Origin: Phoronis australis
Lineage: Eukaryota; Animalia; Phoronida
Reading direction: 5' to 3'
Assembly: GCA_002633005.1 (NCBI GenBank)
Contig: NMRA01001082.1
Span: forward strand, 6,134 to 58,768
Length of the DNA: 52,635 nucleotides
The translations under genes and the position numbers were made by a program. Each line of letters begins with the position of its first letter. Within the stretch, counting starts at the first letter, position 1. Of this stretch, positions 37,601 through 46,600 are shown in pieces. Under the pieces are notes generated by a model. The model was not told the DNA's origin and did not search any database. It saw only the letters and a list, made by a program, of their open reading frames with translations.

Positions 37601-40600
37601 ATTTAATGAAATAGGATGGAAAATTTGCCAAATCATATTAATATTTTGCTCGTCTGAATCTATGTAAATCAGTTTTCATCTGCCAAGCTTGTTTCAACCT
37701 GCTTTAAAAGAGCCATACTCACTCAGATCCAGAGACATTTTGTTCCTCAGAATAATACCAAACGATGCTCCAATGGCAGTGCTGCCGATCACCTTGGTCC
37801 AGGAAAAGCCAGGTATCTCAATCTCCCAATGAAGTCCTTTGGACAGAAAGTCTTGGATCCCACGTTTATCCCTATTGGACGGAATCACAAGGGAAGCGTT
37901 GCGTCTGCAAGAGAAAGACATTGAAAATGATACATCTTCCACAGTCTCGAGTTAAGGCATAAAAATAAGAAAAAGAGGACAGCTTTCAAGATGTTAGCCT
38001 ATTCAAAAGATGCTTCACAACAATCAACAAATCCACAATAGGGTACAAGAAAATTCTTTTCCGCCACCCACCCTCCCCCTCCCTTCCAAAAGCTGCACAC
38101 AAGATGGTATAACTTCAAAGCCCTGGGCATATATTCATGTACATTAATGTTACCTGCATAACTGTATGCTTTATACTTCAATGCTCCGAGTGTTTATTTG
38201 TGTACTGACATAACTGTAGAACAAACACCGCGAGATGTGAAAGAGCAATAAATACAACAGTAAGACTAAATCTTGCATTCACTTACAAATCGGTTGCATT
38301 AGAAGCTTAATATTGCAGCAAACCTTCAGCTCCTTCCATAAAGCTTGCATTTTTCACACTTCTTGTGAAAATGGCGATAATCACAACTAGGACAACAGAC
38401 CACAATTACAAAAAGATTAGTTGTGTCCGGCTTTCATAATAAAATAATGTTGACTCATGTGATCTCAGTTGTGCTATTTACCTCAGTATGACATCTCTTT
38501 GTGCATCTGTCAGCTGGTATCGCTTGGGATGCTCTGTGTACGTCCTGTACGCCTGTTGGCGGACGACATCGTGATGGTCGTGGAAGGCCAGGGTGATGAG
38601 AACTTCAGCACTCTTAAATGTGTTAAAAGGAGATCATAATTAAATGCTTAAAAACAGGATTGGTGTCATACATTAATCTGATGGAACAGTCACCATAGAG
38701 TAGATGGACATTCAATGTTCATTTTGTAAAAACAGTCACCATAGAGTAGATGGACATTCAATGTTCATTTTGTAAACAGTCACCATAGAGCAGATGGACA
38801 TTCAATGTTCATTTTGTAAACAGTCACCATAGAGTAGATGGACATTCAATGTTCATTTTGTAAACAGTCACCATAGAGTAGATGGACATTCAATGTTCAT
38901 TTTGTAAACAGTCCAGTTGTTAGCAGCGGATATTCTCCCACTTTGACCAATGATTAGACAAGATTACATAATGGAGAACTCTCGGAAACGTTTCAAATGA
39001 TGAAAATTCTTGATGTTAGCCGCTTTTGCGTGATTGCATAACCCTTTCTTTGAGGAAAACTCATACGCTCCAACCTAGAGATCATTACCTTGGTGTCCTG
39101 ACCACTAGTCTAGCACATTGTACACTGACTTATCAAGACCTGCATGCACCAACAACCAACCCCTCTGCATATACTCGGCTGGTGTTAAGCTGCAGGCTCA
39201 CTGATGCACCTTCGAGCACACTTCGTCACAACAGGCCGAGTTCAACAAAGGTAGCCATCTACTCGCAGCAGGTATTACATATGGCCATGCTGCTAAAAAT
39301 CGCAACAAGAGCAGTGCCCGCGCACGAGTGTTGTCCAATCAGATGCTGACAGGCAACATCAGCCCTGGAGTTCTGTGCCTTTTAATGTCACGGGGATGGT
39401 CTGGGGAGGGGAACAATACACCAGCATATACCCAATGATCCTGTCCATGGCAGGTGTTACAGGTATTAACGAGACCTGATACGCCAGGAACAGGCGGCAC
39501 ATTTAACTTAAAGCTGACAAAGTTGCCGAGTACAATCACCCTCAGTGTGGTTCACGGCCATTTTATATAATTAAATAATCCAGAGTACTTTTCTCACAGC
39601 ACATCTTACCTCATCATGAGGATAGAACTTCATGGCTTCCAAGGCGGCCCTACGCCATGCCGAGTGACCCTGGTTTGGTTCTGCGTATCTCTTGAACAGC
39701 TTGAACGAAGTGTGATGTGCGGCGTTGCCTAGAGCATGCAGCATAATCATGCCTGTGTAGTACTCATAGTCATAGTCCATGTCATCAGCGGAGCGCTTGG
39801 TGCGATCTGAAGAGGAAAGAAGCACTCTTCATGAAGATCATTAAACATAATGTACATTGGTTACAGTGATTGTCATTTGTTTTGCCATGAAAGATATGCT
39901 TTTCACATTCATAAAACCATAAAACCAGCTACCATAAAACAAAATTCTTGAAAATTTGTGGGTAATTCACAACAACGTCAGAAGAGTTTGAAAAATAAAA
40001 AGGGCGTTTTGACGGATGGACGGACGGACAGATGGTCGAACGTTTTGACAATAATCTTCTGTGTGAAATTGGTGACATTTTAGTAAGTCAACAGACTCAA
40101 AGACCACCTGGGTATGGCAACATGAATCAATTAATTTCCAATCACTGCAGTCCTTCACTTTGTAGTGACACAAAACTAGATGTCAGCCAAAAATGAGATT
40201 ACACAAAAAATCCTTGAAAGTTCCGCAATGTCATTAGCCAGGTTCCATCTTGTATTCACATAACCTTCACCTTCATCAGTTCTAATGGTTTTGTGGAGAT
40301 TTGTGACTTAATTATTCTAAATTTCTTCCCAATAGAAACATACACCCAACAATAGTTCAAACACTAATAAAAACATTCGCCCAAACTGACAACACTGCTC
40401 TAGGGGCTGGTCTAAAATGACGTTCCCAACCAACTAGATTAACCGTCAAATGAGTACTACCCAATCTACATCACTCATCAAGAACTAGTTATCCTGAGGC
40501 TGGTTTACCATTGTGCCGCTCCAGCCAGGTAGTAAGATGGCCGACAATCTGAGCAGCTCTCGCTGGGTTCGTTTTGTTCAGACTTGATGCCATGCCACCC

Positions 40601-43600
40601 AGAGTGAGGCAGGCACGTCGCAACATCTCCGTTTCATTGGTTTTGCCTGGCAGCACTATGTCCATGCCTACAAGCACAACAATAGCCCGTCAATTTAAGA
40701 CAGGGACACAATCCAAAATTGCCGATACTTCAGAATTCATTTTACACAGAAATACTAAAGATGGACTAAAACCTACAAGATAAATTTGACTGTGCATATT
40801 AAATTAGTCTAGCTTGGTAACAAACTCTCATAAGGTACAATTTCCTCAGATATATCGGACAAAGGCTTTGTGTACAATACATAGAGACCCTGATTTTCCA
40901 TTATAATGGAAAAGAGAGTTCACAAAATTAGCGGTTTACAAACGTAATTTACATAACATTTCAGTAATACAAAAATAATTTAATATTTTTTGCTTTTTAA
41001 TTACTAAAAATTACAAATCTCCCAAACACGACTCGGACCGTAAATTATTCAACGACAGTTTTGCAGAAGACATGTTCAAGCTTTTTCATTCTTTCAGAAT
41101 GTAGCGCTGCTCTTTTTCCAGTTTTGAGAAAAACGGTGCAGATCAAGTTATCATCGACAAAACAGCTGCAGCATATTTAAGTGGAAAACATAATGTCGCT
41201 ATTCCCAGATCATTATCATCTTATTTCACACTAACTTGCTAACTTACAAAACAATGAAAAATAGAATGTCATGTTTTAATTACTAAAAGCAGATTTGCCT
41301 GATTTGAAAACAGATAATCAGGGTCACTAAACATGTGTCTATAATTATAATAGCTCCAAAAATGGGATTGGCCTTATACACGGGGCTTATATCTCACTAA
41401 ACATGTGTCTATAATTATAATAGCTCCAAAAATGGGATTGGCCTTATACACGGGGCTTATATCTCACTAAACATGTGTCTATAATTATAATAGCTCCAAA
41501 ATGGGATTGGCCTTATACACGGGGCTTATATCTCACTAAACATGTGTCTATAATTATAATAGCTCCAAAAATGGGATTGGCCTTATACACGGGGCTTATA
41601 TCTCACTAAACATGTGTCTATAATTATAATAGCTCCAAAANNNNNNNNNNNNNNNNNNNNNNNNNNNNNNNNNNNNNNNNNNNNNNNNNNNNNNNNNNNN
41701 NNNNNNNNNNNNNNNNNNNNNNNNNNNNNNNNNNNNNNNNNNNNNNNNNNNNNNNNNNNNNNNNNNNNNNNNNNNNNNNNNNNNNNNNNNNNNNNNNNNN
41801 NNNNNNNNNNNNNNNNNNNNNNNNNCCAGATGCAGACAACCAGATGCAGACAACCAGATGCAGACAACCAGATGCAGACAACCAGATGCAGACAACCAGA
41901 TGCAGACAACCAGATGCAGACAACCAGATGCAGACAACCAGATGCAGACAACCAGATGCAGACAACCAGATGCAGACAACCAGATGCAGACAACCAGATG
42001 CAGACAACCAGATGCAGACAACCAGATGCAGACAACCAGATGCAGACAACCAGATGCAGACAACCAGATGCAGACAACCAGATGCAGACAACCAGATGCA
42101 GACAACCAGATGCAGACAACCAGATGCAGACAACCAGATGCAGACAACCAGATGCAGACAACCAGATGCAGACAACCAGATGCAGACAACCAGATGCAGA
42201 CAACCAGATGCAGACAACCAGATGCAGACAACCAGATGCAGACAACCAGATGCAGACAACCAGATGCAGACAACCAGATGCAGACAACCAGATGCAGACA
42301 ACCAGATGCAGACAACCAGATGCAGACAACCAGATGCAGACAACCAGATGCAGACAACCAGATGCAGACAACCAGATGCAGACAACCAGATGCAGACAAC
42401 CAGATGCAGACAACCAGATGCAGACAACCAGATGCTAGATCCCTTCTTAATATTAAAGGCTCACGCAGCACTAAAGTTAAACAAGCTGAAATCTCAATTT
42501 TCAAACTGGAAGAAATCAGGACAGTAGTGTTGAATCATCGAGTTGAACCAATTAATCAAATCCATTATGTCCATAGTTTTATGCCATGTGATTCAGAATG
42601 GTAATTAATTCTATCAAAATGAATACAGAGCGGTTTTCATAAATGGTGCTGCATTGTGCTTTAAATTTTGTCACCACTCATTCCTGCACATCACCTCAAT
42701 AGGATGTTCCAAAACCAGAAAGTGGAACATTGCTTTCCGCATCTCTTCCGTGTCTTGTTCTGATTTCTTGAAGACATACTTCAGTATCATTCGTTGAGAG
42801 ATGGGTGTGTCTAGAGCAGCGATCATGTCAATCATTACGTGGCGGTCATGGAAACAGACTGTTCCATTCTCACAGTTAGGGCGGATGGTGAGATATTTCT
42901 CTGCCACCTTTTCAATATCTGAATCAACCATAGCCTTAAGTGTAACTCTCAGACGTCTGATACACTCGGTCCTGTTAGTGTTGGCTGTAAACATATTAAA
43001 ATACAACATCAGTTACATTAATTGAGGCTTGTCACAACTCCTGTATTCATCCTTCAACTAATCTTTACTGTCAAGAACCTAGTAGCCAAATTTTCAAATA
43101 TCCCTTCATGTGGCTCTCACGTTTATCTGCCTCGATGATGTTTCAAGTTAAAACTACACATCTGACCTTGTCAACCAATAAATGTAAACGATATTGCTGA
43201 ATACCAAGCTCATGTTTTTATTAATTGATGTTTTTCAATTCCTTTTACAAAAAACGGTACGGTTATCAGTACAACAAGATCTTAAAATGTATAACTGTCC
43301 ACCAAGGAAAAGAATGTGCAAGAGAGAGGACCAGCACCGAGTGAAATTGAAAACAAAAAATCTCATACTTTTCACCGGCGTAACACGGCTGCAGTTCATC
43401 TCTTTCTCAATGTCCAGCATTGCAGCATCAGAGTCTGTTATGACTTTGGCTTTGGGCTGCAAGAAACATACAGGATTGATGTGAAGAAAGATTTCAGTCT
43501 ATTTTGCAATGAAAGAAACCAACTGGTAACAATATAATCATAAGAAATGGAATCAAATCATACAGACTGTAGCATGCATCATTTACACAAACATGCCTAC

Positions 43601-46600
43601 TGATCAGACTCAAACTTATGCATCAATTAACAGGAACCTATGGGTCCTCTTAACAATTTCTTCTGCCCAGCCATTCAATTTTTAAGAGCATTGTTCAGGT
43701 GCGGATATGTCTGCTATCCCCGAACGTTGAATTCAACTGCATTCATTCAAATCAGACATAAGAATCCACAGTTGGAACCTGCATTTTTACATTGTGCACG
43801 GCAAGTTGTGCTCAGTGACTTGCAGCGTAAGGGGCAATCCAGATCAATCATTGGCAAAAGTGATGATGGTGACCGGGGTGGGACCTACCCCCTAATGAAT
43901 TTTAGATTCCTGTGCCCAGTTGCATGAAATAGTCCCTAATAGGGACTCAACAACATTCCCTTAATCTTTTGCATATTTGTTTCATTTTTTAATCACAGAT
44001 GTTACGTTTCTTTCTACCATTTTAACTTGATTAATATGAACTCCTCTTTGACCAATGGCTTTTTCTGATAATATAACAAACAAACTGACCCCTTCAATGG
44101 GCTATAATAATTAGGGACTTAGTCCTTAAATTAGGGGCATTGCATGGAAAGATTGAGAGTTCAACTTATCAGAGTTCCCTCTTGATTTATATCAAAGCCA
44201 AAAATTGGCCTTGTAACAATACTCAAACATCATAAGGAAGGACAATCAGTATGTTCACAAGCCCATGCACAAATATGCAGTAGATTTAGGGAACTTAGTT
44301 GAGTCCTTATTTGAGACTGCTGTGAATACATCACAGAGACGAGTTATTGAGGGTGCTCACCTGTTCAACTTCAATCGACTGCTTGACCAATGTGTGCCTG
44401 GCCATCTTGAATGGTTCACCATGAGACAGCTGATTGGTCAAATGGAGATGAGTGTGCGACATCGTGTATAAAGTGGGGAAATCTGAAAACAGATGCAATA
44501 GTTGGCTGTGTTAATGAGAAAGGGCGACAGATAGATTTGAGAGGTAGAGCCTAATTGCAGTCACAACAGAGGTGAGAAGTATAGTGAAGAAAATGTTTGT
44601 CTACCACACAGAATTACACATATGAATTGAAAAAAAATTTGTTTTGTAAGAGATGCCCATTTTAGCTTTTCTGCACAACACCAGTCCATGAGCTCCACAT
44701 CCATAATGTTAACCAGTGAAGTCAAAATCTCTGATCCACAACTCATGAAAATTTTCTTTCATATTTCCACAGGGGACAGATAACACAGAGGTCCAACAGG
44801 GGCTTTACATAAACAAAGTTTGCCATTTTTCAAGACATCAGTTAAAACTTTATGCCATTCTGACCACACCGTTAGATGACAGTTTGCCATTATATCAATA
44901 ATAATACTTAAGCATTCTTTACACTCACCACCGCTGCTTTCCTCCGGTATTGTCGCCAGGCCCTCGTACTCCGTATTATGTTGGTGGATCTGACCCTCAG
45001 AGATTCTGTTCTTGAGAACGATCTTGTCCACAGACTCCACTCTGTGTATGGTTCCCTCATGGTTGACGTGAAGTGTCTAGTGATACAAAGAATGGAGTTC
45101 GGTGACATTTGAGAGTTTTGAGTACGATTCAGTTTCACCAGCTTGCGTCACAATATGGCTGGCATTGTTATAAGTGGTGGGAAACTGTCTAACCTCACAA
45201 TGGAGGTCAATGAATATCACCACAAAGGAAGCACCTATAATACGGTTGGCCAGGAGATAGTCCATGTAATGGGGATAGTATATTTATTTAGACATTTGCT
45301 GTTGAGATGAATGCATTGTTCTGGTAGATATTTGAGGCACATTTTCATATAAACTAGGGGTGTCGGTTTATGTTAACTGAGTATGCAAAATGAGATGGAA
45401 GATCATTGAGTTTTTTGTCTGATAATACTTTGCACGGTTTGAATAGTGAAGTGATTTTAAAATGTCACTAAAAACAGTATACAGCATAATTTGGGAAGAC
45501 TTTTTCCACATGAGGTAATATATCTATGCATACCTCATTCAACAGATATAAACAGGTATGGATTTTAGGCCCATCTGGTCTATAGTCTAAGGTATAACCA
45601 AGGAGTGCAGTTGTACCCATTCAACTAGCATGTTTGTTTGGTTCGCAGAGCTGATTTCGACTTTCAAGAAAACAAAATTCAGTGGTTTGACAAACCAGTG
45701 GATCGCCACACGTGTAGTTGCTATAGAATTAGTGGGTATTTCCAATAATCACAAAAGGTGTCGCCAATGTATGATGTCCAGTCAACAATGCTCAACAAAC
45801 CTTGTCATGGTTTTTAATGACATCCGTCTCATTCTTGAGTGATCGTCGTATCCGGACACCATCTCTAGTTTGGTCTACCTCATATGTGTATTCACCGCTT
45901 CCAGTGTGATCAACTTCACGCTTTTTAAACTTTTTGGTGTCCCTGGGCTAAAATAAACAAAGTAAATAACTATTTCACGAAAGATAGTTCCACACAAGAC
46001 TGTAGTTTAGACATGCAAACTCTTATGAGTGAAACTGTGTGTCTGTTAGTTGTTCCTCACTGTCCAAAGTCAGTAAAGCCAAACAATAACAATAGTTACT
46101 TACAAGAGTCCCGCATTTTGAGAAAAGGTGTACATTGAATTATGTCCACCCATATACAGCTAGTGAAGCCATGAGCATTAAAGCGTACATTGAATTATGT
46201 CCTGTTGCCTAGGCTAGAGTTGAGGTTGAGTGTTTTTACCCACTTTCAACGCCGACCAGAAAACAGACATGCCAGGGGGTGGTGTAGAGTGCAAAAATAG
46301 TTTCGCTCAATTCCTCGCAAATACTCATTCTGTAAAAAGTTCCCATCACAGCCGACAAGTGATTGACGTGCTGCCTGAACCAAGTGCAACGCGTATTTCA
46401 AAACAGGAAGATCACTAGCATTCTTTCTAACTTTTTCACCGGAGAGTTCTTAGTGATCTTGTATTCGGCCAGCGCTCTTCTCTCAAAATTTATTTACTGT
46501 TAAAAAAGCTTACCGATTTGTGTGCAATGAGCAGACTTGTGATGGCCTTTTTGAGCATGGAGACCTCATCGTGTTCTTCGGGATGAACATGGACGAACTC

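Noticed and set aside
1041-38913. CRISPR-like appearance of the 28-44 bp repeat arrays
   Set aside because: The units are head-to-tail with no unique spacers, there are no cas genes, and the context is eukaryotic introns.
41583-42604. Long ORFs in several frames (MQTTRCRQPDADNQ / SASGCLHLVVCIWL repeats)
   Set aside because: They are translations of a stop-free 14-bp minisatellite plus Ns, with no splice or codon evidence.
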